In this document: piece by piece, positions 28,151-41,754 of the stretch
Layout: each line of letters starts with the position of its first letter
Numbering within the stretch: position 1 is the first letter of the stretch
From: the human T2T-CHM13v2.0 reference genome, Homo sapiens
Length of the DNA stretch: 64,000 nt
Direction: 5' to 3' (one strand)
Assembly: GCF_009914755.1 (NCBI RefSeq)
Contig: NC_060927.1
Notes under the pieces: model-generated
The model's database searches: none
What the model was told of the DNA's origin: nothing
The model's input: the letters and a program-made list of their open reading frames with translations, nothing else
Program-made: the position numbers and the translations under genes

Positions 28151-31100
28151 CTTCCTGATACCACATTGCTGCCCAGTCTGTGAAGAGAACGCACCATCTA
28201 TTAAAAGACCACAGGACATTGTTTTCTTCATTTTTTAATGACTCAAAGACAAAAAATTCAAACTATGAGCAATGTTTGCTGAAAGCAGCATTTATTTAAG
28301 TAAAGTTAACTTTTCTTAGAGCTTCTTGATCTGGCCCTGTCAGGAGCCTACAGGGCTTTTTGGAGAAGGAAGAGTGGATGGGTTTTGATAGTGTTTGCAG
28401 TGAGCTGGGTGAGTCATCTGCTGTGTGAGCCTGCCATCCATCAAAGCTGGTGATGAGAATGAATCCCTGGGGGTTGCTTGTGAAAAATGTTAAAAGCTTT
28501 AATTGAAAGGATCTCCAACTGAGGCCACAAGTAACTTTCTCATTGTGAATTCCTGTCTTGCCCCCAAATGCCCTGGGGCCCCACCAAATGGCAGGCCCAG
28601 GTCATTCTGATGTGCTTAAGCCATAAGCCTCTGGCAGGGCTTTGATGATGCTAGGCCTGGAGTCCTGTGCCACCCCCAACAGGGAGGGACACACTGTGAG
28701 AAATGTCATCTGTCAGGGTCTGCAAATTAAGCCAGCCTTATGGAAAGTGGGGAAGTTTAATGTTTAAAACGTCCTGATTGAAATGCTCACATGATGAAAA
28801 AGATGGGCTTGGTCACCTGAAAGGGCGTGTGTTGTACTAAGGCAGCAGGCACGGCACCTGAAGCTTCTCATTCGCTTCATGAGGTTCATAATGAACTTTT
28901 AGCCCTTTCCTTTCCTTTGTTTGTGCATCTGTCTATCCATTTGCTGCCCCAACTCAGTTCATGGTGTGACCCAGGCTGACATTCTGTTCAAATCAGCAGG
29001 CATTTCTCCTTCTAGAGTGGATGTGCTACTACTGGGAAGCTGTCATAGGCTTCCCCGGGCTGCTTAAGGGGAGAGTAGAGAAAAAGCAGTTAAGAATTCC
29101 TGTGTTAGAGCTCTCATCTAGAAGCTTTTCAAACAAGCAAACATCCTACCCCTTTAAAAAATGTTTTTATTACACCCATGATACATGCTCAATAAAGACA
29201 AAGTAGGGAGAAGAAAGACAAAAACAAAATAAAAAGTCTTGATCCCACTTCCTGAGAAATATGTGTGTGTTCAGGGTAAGCTGCAGGAGAAGGCAGCAGT
29301 GTCAGTGAAATGTCCTCTGAATCTAAAAAGAAGTTAGGCAAGAAATGGCCCCCAAATTCACTACTCTCTTCATACAGAGTCTGGCAGACGATGATCATGC
29401 AGTTCCCTAATCTCTCTGTGGATAAAATTTCTTTTGTTGATAGATAAGACTGGGAAAACAATTATTACTGGTATTTGGAATAATATAGTAAAAAGTTTAA
29501 CAATTACCCACCAATATGTACTCTGAGCTTCAAATCCAAAGCAATTTAGGAACATTCTCTATGTATATTGCAAATCATATACCATTATGTGAGCCCTTGG
29601 GATGCTTAGGAGGGGAGGCAGAGAATACAAATGTGGAAATGAAATGCAGGGCAGCACAAATTGTGTAAATGAAATCTAGACTGTTTCTGGGAACATAATT
29701 TCATGAATAAAGATGATCTAGCATCTCTGAACTATGTATTTTAAGATTAATATTTCTCAATAGTACTTGTCAAAGTGAGTGGCAGTAGAATCCATAATAA
29801 GTACTTTATTGAATTATATTTAGTTTAAATATAAATGTAAAAAGGCACCATGAATTCTCATGTCAAATTATGTCACCCAAAAGTTAATTCGTTGTACCAT
29901 GGTACAAAAAAAGAATTATTTTTAATTTGGCAAAATACAGGTTTGTGTTTCTAACAATTCAGTCAAAGACTTTTTTAAAATTAATACAATTTATTTTTAA
30001 ACCAGTTTTAGGTTCATAGAAAAATTGAGCAGAAAGTACAGAGAGTTGCCATATCCCCCTGTCCCACAACCTCCTGTACTAATAACATCCCCTACCACAG
30101 TGGTACATTCATTACAATCAATGAACCTACACTGATGCATCATTAGCACCCAAAGCTCATAGTTTACGTTAGGATTCACTCTTGGTGTTATGTTTCTATG
30201 GGTTTTGTTAAATGTATGATGATGTTTATCAGTGTCTACTGCTGTAGTATCATTCAGAATCATTTCATTGCCCTAAAAATCTTCCATTGCCCTCCCTCCT
30301 CAACCCCGGCAACCACTGATCTTTTAACTGTCCCCATAGTTTTGCCTTTTCAGGAATGTCATATAGTTGGAATTATATAGTATGTAGCCTTTTCAGATTG
30401 GTTTCTTTCACTTAGTAGCGTGCATTCAAGTTGCCTCAATGTTTCATGGCTTGATAACTTGATAACTTATTTAGCTCTGAATAATATTTCTTGATAAGGA
30501 TATACCACAGTTTATATCCATTCACCTACTAAAAACATTTTGGTTATTTCCAATTTTTGGCAATTACGAACAAAGCTGCTATAAACATCCATGTGCTGGT
30601 TTTTGTGTGGAGTTGCCAATTCCGTTGGATAAACACTGAGGAGTGTGATTGTTGGATCTTTAGGTAAGAATATGTGTAGTTTTGTAAGAAACTGCCAAAC
30701 TGTCTTCCAATATTTGCATTCCTACCAGCAATAAATGTTGTCCTGTTGTTCCACATCCTTACCAGCATTTGGAGTTGTCAGTGTTTTGTATTTTGGCCAT
30801 TCTAATACTTGTTTTAATTTGTAACTCTCTTATGAAATATGATGAACATCTTTATATATGTTCACTTTCCATATATATATGGAACAGACTATTTACATAT
30901 ATATCTATCTTCTTTGATTAGGGGTCTGTTCAGGTTTTTATCCACTTTTTAATAAGGTTGTTATTTTTCTATTGTTGAGTTTGAAGAGTTCTTCGTATAT
31001 TTCATATAACAGTCCTTTATTATATATTTCTTATTTTCTAATATATGTGTCCAATTCAATAAATTTTCTTTTAAGCACTGCTTTTGCTGCATATTACACA

Positions 31101-31337
31101 TTTTGATGTTTTATTTTAATTTTCATTTAGTTCAAAATGTTTTAAAATTTCTCTTAAGATTTCTTCTTTGACCCATATATTATTTGGAAGTATGTTGTTT
31201 AATCTCCAAGTACATTGGATTTCAGACATCTTTCTGTTATTCATTTTAGTTTAATTCCATTGTGATCTGAGAGTAGAAGTTGTATGATTTCTCATTTTTT
31301 AAATTTGTTAGGGTGTGTTTTATGTTCCACAGAAGTA

Positions 31338-31725
31338 CTGTCATTCCCCTCATAATGACGTTTCAGTCAACAAAGGACCACATGTATGACAGTGGTCCCA
31401 TCAGATTATAATGGAGCTGAAAAATTCCTATCACTTAGTGATGTTGTAATATCATAGCATAACACATTACTTTTCTATGTTTAGGTATGTTTAGACACAC
31501 AAATACTTATCATTGTCTTACAGTTGCCTACAGTGTTCTGTACAGTAATATGCTCTATGGATTTGTAGCCCAGGAGCAATAGGCTACACCATTATAACAT
31601 AGGGGCATAGTAGGCTGTACCATCTATGTTTGCATAAGTATACTCTATGATGTTTGCACAATGATGAAATTGCCTGACGATGCGTTTCTCAGAACATATG
31701 CCCATTGTTACGTGACGCATGACTG
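31338..31725 (+). mobile_element. Tigger3a (TcMar-Tigger)
   Basis: TIR-like ends ctgtcatt and gcatgactg, each flanked by TA; gtggtcccatcagattataatggagctgaaaaattcc. Confidence 0.9.
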
Positions 31726-32429
31726 TAGTCTATAGATGTCAATTATATCCCGTTGATTGATGGTGATGTTGAGTTCAACTATACCCTTACTAATTTTCTG
31801 CCTGCTGGATTTGTCCACTTCTGATAGATAGGTGTTAAGGTTTCCAACTACAATAGCAGACTCATCTATTTCTCTTGCATTTCTACCAGTTTTTGCCTCA
31901 GGTATTTGACATTTGGTTGTTAGACACATACACATTAAAGATCGTTATGTCTTTGTGATGTATTGATCCTTTTATCATTATGCAGTGCCCCTTTTTATCC
32001 CTAATATCTTTCGTTGCTCTGAAGCCTGCTCCTTCTGAAGTTAATATAGCAACTCCTCCTTCTTTTGATTAGTGTTAGCCTGGTTTATCTTTCTCTATTT
32101 ACTTCTAATCTACATGTTTCTTTATATTTTAAGTGGGTTTCTTATAGGCAACATGAAGTTGGGTCCTTTTTTCTATCCACTCTGAGGATCTTTGTCTTTT
32201 AATTAGTGTAGGTAGACCATTGACATTTAAAGTGATTATATCTACCATATTTATTACCATTTTCTATTAATTTCTCTTGTTCTTTGTTTCTATTTTTATC
32301 TTCCTCTCTTTTCTACCTCTTATGGCTTTAATTGAGCATTTTATATAATTCTATTTGCCCCTTCTTAGCATATACATTATACTTTTATCAGATAACATTG
32401 TACCAATTCATGGATAGTGTGAATAACTA

Positions 32430-32609
32430 TTTTTGTTTGTTTTTGAGAAAGGGTCTCGTTCTGTCACCCAGGCTGGAGTTCAGTGGTGCAACCATGGCTC
32501 ACTATAACCTCCACCAACCTCCCAGGCTCAATCAATCCTCCTGCCTCAGCCTCCCAAGTACCTGGGACTGCAGGCATGCATCACCATGCCTGGCTAATTT
32601 TTGAATTTT
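32430..32609 (-). mobile_element. AluJ right monomer or FRAM
   Basis: Single Alu arm with J-type ggctcaatcaatcctcc. Confidence 0.88.
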
Positions 32610-32624
32610 AATCTCTTATAATAA

Positions 32625-32980
<356 letters not shown>

Positions 32981-33080
32981 CACTGCTGTCATTTTACTTA
33001 TATATTGGCATATAGTTGAACACATTGTTGCTGTTATTATTTTGAACTGACTGTTAGATCAATTAAGAATAAGAAAAATA

Positions 33081-33494
<414 letters not shown>

Positions 33495-33762
33495 TTATAT
33501 TATTTTCCTTCTCTCCGAAGAACTTATTTTTAACATTTCTTGCAAGACATGTCTGCTGACAACAGATTCCCTTAGTTTTTGTTTCTCTGAGAGAGGCTTT
33601 ATTTCTCTTTCACTTTTAAAAGATGATAATTTTTCAGGGTAAAGAATTCTAGTTTGGCAGTTTTTTCTCTCAACACTCAACAATTTATTTTACTCTTGCG
33701 TGCCGGGTTTCTGAGGAAACGTTGGATATAATTCTTATTTTTGCTTCTCTGTAGGTAAGGGG

Positions 33763-34723
33763 CAGCTGATCCCTGAACAATATGGGTTTGAACTGCACGG
33801 GTCCACTTATACACAAATTTTTTCCAATAAATATATTGGACAATTTTTTGGAGGTTTGCAACAATTTGAAGAAACTTGCAGATGAATTATGTAGCCTAGA
33901 AATATTTTTAAAATTAAGAAAAAGTTAGGCATGGTATGAATGCATAAAATATATGTAGATACTAGTATATTTTGTCATGTATTACTATAAAATATACATA
34001 TATTATAAAAAATTAAAATTTATCAAAACTTACATAGACTGTACACGGTGTCATTTTTAGTCAAGAGAAATGTAAGCAAATGAAAAGATACAGTATTAAA
34101 TTATAACTACATACAATTAATTGTAGCACATCCTATACTACTGTAATAATTTCAATGCCATTCCCTGTTGCTGTCATGGTGAGCACAAGTGCTGCGTGTG
34201 TCCACTTAAAACATCATGTGATGCTAATCATCTCTACGTGAGCAGTTTACCTCTCCAGTAAATTGTGTATCACAGTAAAAAAGTGATCTTTTGTGGTTCT
34301 CACATATTTTTCATTTTGTTGAGTGCATACCGTAAATCTTGAATAATACCATGGGACCCATACAAAGTGCCACTAGTGATACTGGAAGTATCCCCAAGAA
34401 GCACAGAGAGGTCATGACATTACAAAACAGTTGAATTGCTTGATATAAGATTGAGGTCTGCCGCTGTGTTTGCCCACTGCTTCAGACAGATAATTCATCT
34501 TATAAACAGATAACATAAACTTATGGTATTAATAAATACAGTACAATAATGTACTGTAAATGTATATTAAATGTGTTTTCTCTATCTTATGGTATTCTTA
34601 GTAACATTTTATTTTCTCTAGCTTATTTGTAAGAATACAGTATATAATATATACCACATACAAAATACATGTTAATCAACTGTTTATGTTATCAGTAAGG
34701 CTTCCAGTCAATAGTAGGCTATT
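33763..34723 (+). mobile_element. Tigger2 derivative (Tigger2b_Pri-like), 3'-truncated
   Basis: cagctgatccctgaacaatatgggtttgaactgcacgggtccacttatac TIR; transposase start remnant (cactagtgatactggaagt...cccaagaagca); ends at gtcaatagtaggctatt. Confidence 0.88.
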
Positions 34724-35204
34724 TCAAATCCATGTTCATTAACCCAGAAATCATACCAAAAACAATGTCATCAATATCATACCCTGTCCCTATCCTCTAT
34801 AGGAGAAATAAACTCCCCTTTCTCTGAAAATAAAAATCTAATCTGCTGAAAATTAAATGATAGGTTTTGTACCATAGTGGTAGTATCAAGGGGTGAAACA
34901 TACATTGACATATCAGTCAATATACCTGTCCCCCTGCATTGTAATTATTTGCTGATTGCCTGTCTTTCCTGTGAGACTGTCAGCTTCTGAAGGACAGAGA
35001 CAAGGCTTGTTTGATAACTCTCTGGCACATAATAGGCGTTTCGATATACACATGTTGAATGTATCATTGCTTCATCAGATGTGTTAAGTGTGAACCAACC
35101 TCACTAAGTTATTAAGCACCTACTTGGGATAAGGCTGCAGGTTGGATACTTTGGATATATAAAGATGAGTAAAGTTTGTTCTCTGCCTTCAAAGGCAATC
35201 ATTA

Positions 35205-35655
35205 TAGCAGGATGTCCTTGTCAAGTTCCTATCCCCTTGACCACCCCCTTCCCTTCACAGGTGGGAAGTCCCCTAGAGGCTATAACTTCTAGCATTTTTT
35301 GACCTGAAGGCATTCTTTAGCTTTAGAGCAGCTCAGTGCCTTATAGGTGGATTGTAAGTGCCAGAGACTTAGTCTCCAGAACAACTCACCACCGATGAAG
35401 GTGGCAGTTCCTTGCTCTTCAGTAGGACACTGAGCATGTTCCACTCAGACTCAGAGCATTCCCAATGGTGCTGAGCCCTCTTTGCTCATAGCAGTAATCT
35501 GCTCATTAAAGCACTCTTTTTTTGGCTTTTTCTCCATTCTTGGTCTCACTTCCTACTCCCTCACAGTGTTTCCTGGGATCTCCTCCTGAATAAATTCTCA
35601 TACCCAAATCCTTTACTCAGGGCCTGCTTTCAGGAGCATCATTAGAACTGAGCAG
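35205..35655 (+). mobile_element. ERVL LTR (LTR16-like)
   Basis: tttcctgggatctcctcctgaataaattctcatacccaaatcctttactcagggcctgctttc, typical LTR16 3' end. Confidence 0.75.
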
Positions 35656-37117
35656 GATAAGACAGGCCAAGAGAATGCAGAGGAGGAGGGGATTAATTCT
35701 AGCTGGAGAAGACTTGGCATTATTTGAATTGGGTTTGGGTGGGTGCAGTGAGTGCAAAGGAGAGATGCTTCAGGCACAGAGGAGCTGAAGCACACAGAGT
35801 GCTCAAGGAAATGTAAGCAATTAGGTCTGGAAGGAATGTGGGTAGGGGGGCATCTCAGACTCTCCTGGAAGGTACTCCAGAGCCCCGTGCATCCCAGCAA
35901 GGAGCCAGGTTTCTCCTGCTCCTTTCATCCTAAACTTCAGCTCAAGTTACTCACCCTTCTTATACTGGGACTCTGAAATGTCCACATAGTCTCCTTTTGG
36001 TAGGAAAATCTAAATACAGAAAAGGACACGGCTACTGCATGTAATCTGTGAGAGCAGCCGTAAGAAACCACTGACCAACCCACTATCTTTTTTAAGCATG
36101 GTTCTTTCTTTCTGTCTCTAGATTTTAATTCACATTTTCTGAGTTCCCATGACATACTCTGCGTTAGTATTTTGCTATTTCTAAGAGCTTATATTCTAAA
36201 TACAGTCTCCACAACTCAATCTAGACAAGAAACTTCCTTGCCTTCTGTTAGAGGCTAATCTTTAATTTTTTAAAAAAGGAATAGTGTGTCAGAAGATCAA
36301 AGAAAATGACCCGAGTTTACTCTACATTGGAGTCCACTCTATTACCCACAAGCAAGTACAATGTGTATGTATAATCTCACTCATTCTCTCTCCCCTTGTC
36401 CTGAAAATCATTTCCCTCTCATGAACTGTTCTGATGAGTCATTTCATCTCCAGTACTGACTCAATTATACACTCTCGCCATGATCAACAACTGCTAAATT
36501 GGTTGTAAACCCCAGAATGGGAGCTGAAAAACCAAAAACTAGAGATGTGGCAGGAGGACAGGAGTGGAATAATTTGGTCATTTTCCCAGCAGAGGAAAGT
36601 TGGTTTAGGAAAGACAAAATGAGTACTTCTGGAATAGGTATACAATATTGGAAAATAACAGAGAAATTAAAGAAGTTATTAAAGCTCACAAGAGGATTTG
36701 GTGAGAGAACACTACTCATTTCAGCTCAGCATGAGCCAGTTTGCATTATTATGTTTTGCTCTATACTTAGTCTTGGAGAAAGCCACAAATTACAATGGTT
36801 AAATAAAGCTTTAGAAAATGGAAAATAGCAACATTGCAAGTACAGAACGCTACTGGGGTAGAGCACCCTCCAAACTGGGGTGGCTGTAGTGACCTTCTAA
36901 AATCCCTCCCTCGTTCTCCCACCCCCAGGAATTTCAGCCATGTCCTTTATAAATCCCCATTACTGTAATATTGTTTGTGTAATAAATACAGCTTTGTTTA
37001 GTTTTTAAACTCGGAATTTCTACCAAAGGCTGGGAGAGAAAGAAAGCTGCTGGGTTACCTGCAGGTTGAGTATTTTGGGAAGAGATTAATTTGAGGCATA
37101 CCTGGATCCAGAAGGGA

Positions 37118-37365
37118 ATGATGATGATAACATTTATTGAGCTCTTTGTATGTCTGAGACATACTCTATAGATGTATTATGTGTTAACTAACGTAGCCTC
37201 ATAACAACCTTATGAGATAGTACTGTTCCTATCCCATTTTATATATGAGGAGACTGGAGCACACAAAGGCTAAGTAATTGGCCCAAGGTCACATGGCTGG
37301 TGAGTGGCAGAACCAGGATTTAGTCTGGCTCCAGAGCCTGTCTTCTTAATGACCATACTGTAATG
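37118..37365 (-). mobile_element. MIRb, near full length
   Basis: aacatttattgagc...cctcataacaaccttatgagatag...cccattttatatatgagg...cccaaggtcaca...ggctccagagcc. Confidence 0.88.
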
Positions 37366-37369
37366 CCTC

Positions 37370-37724
37370 AGAGACATAAATATTTGTGTCCTCCAAATTC
37401 ATATGTTGAAACCCCATCCCTCAATGTGATAGTATTTGAAGACGTAGCCTTTGGTAGATAGGTTTAGATGAGACCACAAAGGCAGATTCTCCATGATAGG
37501 ATTAGTGCCCTTATAAAAAGGAGAGGAAACCAGAGCACACTCCCTACCCCCACCATGTGAGGACAACCATCTGCAAACAGGGAAGAGGGCCCTCACCAGA
37601 AACTGAATCTGTCTGCACCTTGATCTTAGACTTCCAGCCACCAGAACTGTGAGAAATAAATATCTGTTGTATGAACTACCCACTCTATGGTATTTTGTTA
37701 CAGTAGCCTGAACAGATTGAGACA
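37370..37724 (+). mobile_element. MLT1A MaLR solo LTR
   Basis: caaattcatatgttgaaacc...gccctcaccagaaactga...gaactgtgagaaataaat...gagaca. Confidence 0.88.
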
Positions 37725-38859
37725 GACCACCAAGCTGTTATTATACAATTAAGCTTTTACTCAGGAATTCTAGGAAGAGGCATTTTAGCTCAGATCCAGG
37801 AATTTATTTCGGGTGCTTCTCTGCTACTTTGCTTCCTGCAGGATGGGGCTGAGTCACAGAGCCCACTGGGCCCAATGGTCGTGGAGAATAGATTCAAGAC
37901 CAGGAGCCACACTTCCATGGGAAACTGAGTAAACTGAAGCTTGGTAAATTTGAGATTATCGGTGGGCCAGCCTATTTGGGTAGAGTGTGTTCCAAAGTGA
38001 AACAGCAGTTATGAGCTAGACTTGCAGCAGTTTGAATCTGGATGGGAGTGTTGAATGAGGAGGAGGGATGAGCCAGTGGTACTAAGAAGACCCCTCTCAC
38101 CTCATTCCCAGAGAGGTGGTACACATCAAGATCTATGCTACATATAAGGAGATGTATATTGAAGTGGCTCAGCATGTCCCTCTCAGATTTTCAGAGTCCC
38201 AGTCCCAACTGGGTTTAACTCCAACTCAGTTTTTTTTAGGTTGAGTGCATATTTAGTGGCATAAATGCAGCACAACTTACTCAACTCTTTTTCATTGAAA
38301 GACATTCACTTTGTTACCAAATTTTTGCCCGAAGAACAATGCTATCATAATATCTCAATGCACATATGTTCTTAAGTATGGATAATTTTACTTCTAGGGA
38401 ATAGATTCCAAGAAGTGGGGTTTTTAGGAGAAAGAATATTTTTAATTTGTAAGGTATTTTCAGGTTTGCTTTCTAAATAGGTTCTAGCAAATCACTCTCC
38501 ATGGCTACTGTAGGGGCATATTTGCCTTTCTTCTTGCAGCATTCTTTCCAAGTTTAGGGCATTCTTCTCAAGGAGATGCCAGAGACTCACTTTACCAACA
38601 TTCCCTGCAGCTTGAGTGTGGACATGTGACCTAGGTCCTGCTATTCAGACACCACAAAACTTCACTGTAATGAGGCAAAGACACAGGCCTGCACAGAATC
38701 CAAACTGGTGAGCGGACTGGAGATACTTCCAGCTTTCAGACACAGCAGTGGCAGTCATCCCTTGTTCTGGAAACTCTGCTGCTCTAAGACAGGGATATCT
38801 TGTCAACACTGTCAACACCTCAGCATTAAGAATTAATTGAACTTCTTTTATATGCAATC

Positions 38860-39510
38860 GCTTCTATCTATCCCATTGCCTCTACCTGAGTTGTGGGCCA
38901 CCATGACCTCTTGCTGAGACAGCAGTAACAAACTTCCAACTGGTCTCACAGTCTCTAGAATCCATTCTCCACCTTGCAGCCTAAATGGTTTTCTAAAATT
39001 CAAATCTCGCCATGCCAGTCCCCTGCTTTTAAAACCTTTCATTTTTTTCCCTTTGCCTCCATCCTCCTTAGGCTGACCCTCAAAACTCCCCAAGAGGTGA
39101 CCTTTGCTTTCCTCCCCGGGCACATCTCTTTCCTCCCTTCACATTCTACTGTCTGGTCATACTGCATATTTTTTCAGTTCCTGGATTGTTCCATGCTCTT
39201 TCTCACCTGTGCTTTTGCAAACACTGTCCTAGCCTCTACTTTTTCTCCTTCTCCTTTGCTTGCCTAAATTCTTTTTTCTGATTGTCAGCTAAGAGGTTAC
39301 TTCTCTGACTATACAATACTAAATTAGGTTTCTCTTTGCTAGGTTACCAGAGTGCTCCACAGTACCCCATAGTTCTATTTATTTTTGTTTTCCACTAAGC
39401 TGCTTGAAGGCAAGGATGATGCCTATTTTCTTCCTTGTTGCACATTCCATATCTAGAGTACTGCCTCATGCATAGAAGGTAATACATAAAAATTTGATGA
39501 ATTAATAAAT
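38860..39510 (+). mobile_element. L2 3' region
   Basis: aaacttccaactggtctc...aatccattctccaccttgcagcc...ttgaaggcaaggatgat...aaatttgatgaattaataaat. Confidence 0.75.
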
Positions 39511-39705
39511 AGATAAAACAGATACTATTGTCACCAATTTACTCACAGGGAAATTGAGGTTTTGTTAGTCCTGGATCTGGAACTAGAACATAGAACTTCT
39601 GATTCCTGATATATTTTCAACTATTCCTCATTGCCACCTTCAAATATAGTTCAACACTCTCATAGGCTTAATAAACACTATTATGATGGGCAACTACTCT
39701 GCAAG

Positions 39706-39885
39706 GCAGGTTTCTCAAGCTTTGCTGTTTGCTGTATCGGGCTGCCAGTGTGTTGGAAGGTATTTGACATCATTCCTGACCTCTATCCAGTAGATGCTAA
39801 TAGTAACTTCCTCACTCCAGTTGTCTTCAGACATTGCAAAATGTCCCCTGAGGGGCAAAATAGCCTCCCAATAAGAATGAGTACT
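39706..39885 (-). mobile_element. MER20 (hAT-Charlie)
   Basis: ctctatccagtagatgc...cagacattgcaaaatgtcccctgaggggcaaaat. Confidence 0.85.
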
Positions 39886-40130
39886 CTAAGGATACCAGGC
39901 ACCATTTAATACATCTCTATAACTTTGGGTTGAGAATATAAGTTTCAGCACAGACATATTCCAGGTGGAAAGATGAAAGACAAGGACATATCTAAATATT
40001 GACTTTGAGTCTTATAAATACAGGTCTTAACCTCACTGATCCTCAGTTTTCTGATTTGCAAAACAGAGATAATAACACCCAAAATTGTGCGAAGGATTAG
40101 AGAGAATGTATATAAAGTACTCAGTAAGTT

Positions 40131-40311
40131 TGTTGATGAAAAAAAAGTCAAACTCTTTAAAATATTTAAAGAGATTTATTCTGAGCCAAATATGAGTGAC
40201 CATGGCCCAGGGCACATATTTTGGGATGGTGCCCTGGGCCATGGTCATTCATATTTGGCTCAGAATAAATTTCTTTAAATATTTTACAGAGTTAGGCTTT
40301 TTTGATCAACA
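40131..40311. repeat. Long inverted repeat of ERV1 LTR U5 ends (85/83-nt arms, 13-nt spacer)
   Basis: 40131-40215 is the reverse complement of 40229-40311 with 6 substitutions and a 2-nt indel. Confidence 0.95.
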
Positions 40312-40324
40312 TTAATAGGCAGAC

Positions 40325-41265
40325 ATAACCAAAAATAAAAATCTAAGGCTCCCAACAGACTGAATGGACCTCCTTCTTGGCCAAGGGAGTCCCAAAGAAA
40401 CCTGAAAAGCTAGTTCAGGCCATGAGGGGAAGGGTGGTATGTTATGACCCCCTCCCTTTAGAGTTTAGGCAAAACTGACTGGCATTAACATTAAAATGGA
40501 GATCATAAGACTGACAACACAGACTCTCTGTGGCAATACAAAACCAAATTCCCACCTGACTCAGGTATAGCATCACATGGCACATAGCAGACCCTGAAGG
40601 AAATCAAAAGTATTTTACCCCAAAATATATTTCATTCACATATTTTGAAACGGTCCTCAAAGCTGTCTCTTGAGAGAGAAATTTGCATTCTGTAGAGAAT
40701 CTCCTTCCCTTTCTAGGTCTTTTCCTGATCCAGGAGAGATTTGCCTGAGAGTCTGATACTTTTAAGGTTTGAAAAGAGACGTTTACCGTCTACTCTCTCT
40801 GAAGCCTGCTGTTCAAAGGCTTCATCTACATAGCAAGAACATTGGCTTCCACAACCCCCTTTCCCTCTTATCTTAACTTAAGCATTTCTTTCTGCTGACT
40901 TCAACCATTTAGGCAAAGCTGAACTCTTTCAACTAATTGCCAATCAGAAAATCTTTGAATCCACCAATGACCTGTAAGTACCACCTTCCCTCTCCACCTT
41001 TGAGATGTCCCACTTTTCCAGGCTGAACCAGTGTATACCTTATAGGTATTGATTTATTGATTTATGTCTTCACCTGTAACTTCAGTCTCCCTAAAATGTA
41101 TAAAACCAAGCTGTAACCCAACCACCTTGGAAACATGGTCTCAAGACCTCCTGGGACTATGCCCACCCTGGGTCATGGTCACTCAGATTCGGTTCAGAAT
41201 AAGCCTCTTTAAATATTTTAGAGTTTGGCTTTTTGTTTGTTTGTTTGTTTTTGTTTTGGTCAACA
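40325..41265 (+). mobile_element. ERV1 LTR, MER4 group (MER4D/E-like)
   Basis: aaccaaaaataaaaatctaagg...gactgaatggacc...aaagtattttaccccaaaatatatt...taaaatgtataaaaccaagctg...tcaaca; canonical 5' TG not evident. Confidence 0.85.
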
Positions 41266-41754
41266 AGTTACATTATCTAAACAACTGCTTTCTTCTGGCC
41301 AATAACTAGTGGGTTAACTCACCAAAGCATGCATAAAGAGGAAACACAACCTAAGAGAGGGACTGGATATTGGATATTCAGGGTGACGTGGTATGGGTTG
41401 TATGACAGAAGGCTTTGGCATTCTAGGAGACATAGAAAAAAAAAGCCCCATATTCAGTAATAAAAACAAGTATTACTATTTGAACTGACAAGCTTTTGGG
41501 CATGCAATCTCTGATTTATTCTATCCTCATTTCATGGTTTTATGAAGAAAAGGGCAAAGTCATGCTTAATGATCAGTTGCTATTTTTTAAGTAGGATTAC
41601 ACACTCAAAGTTGGGGATGGGGGATATTTCAAGATCTATCAAAAATGGGAGCAGGTGAATTGGCAATTGCTCACGCTCCCTCTCCATTATGAATTTTAAT
41701 GCAATTTTCATTTAGTGATTGACATACTGTATTTGTGCTCAAGATTACTTCAAT

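Noticed and set aside
29892-29907. Perfect 16-bp palindrome ttgtaccatggtacaa
   Set aside because: About one 8-bp-arm palindrome is expected by chance in 64 kb.
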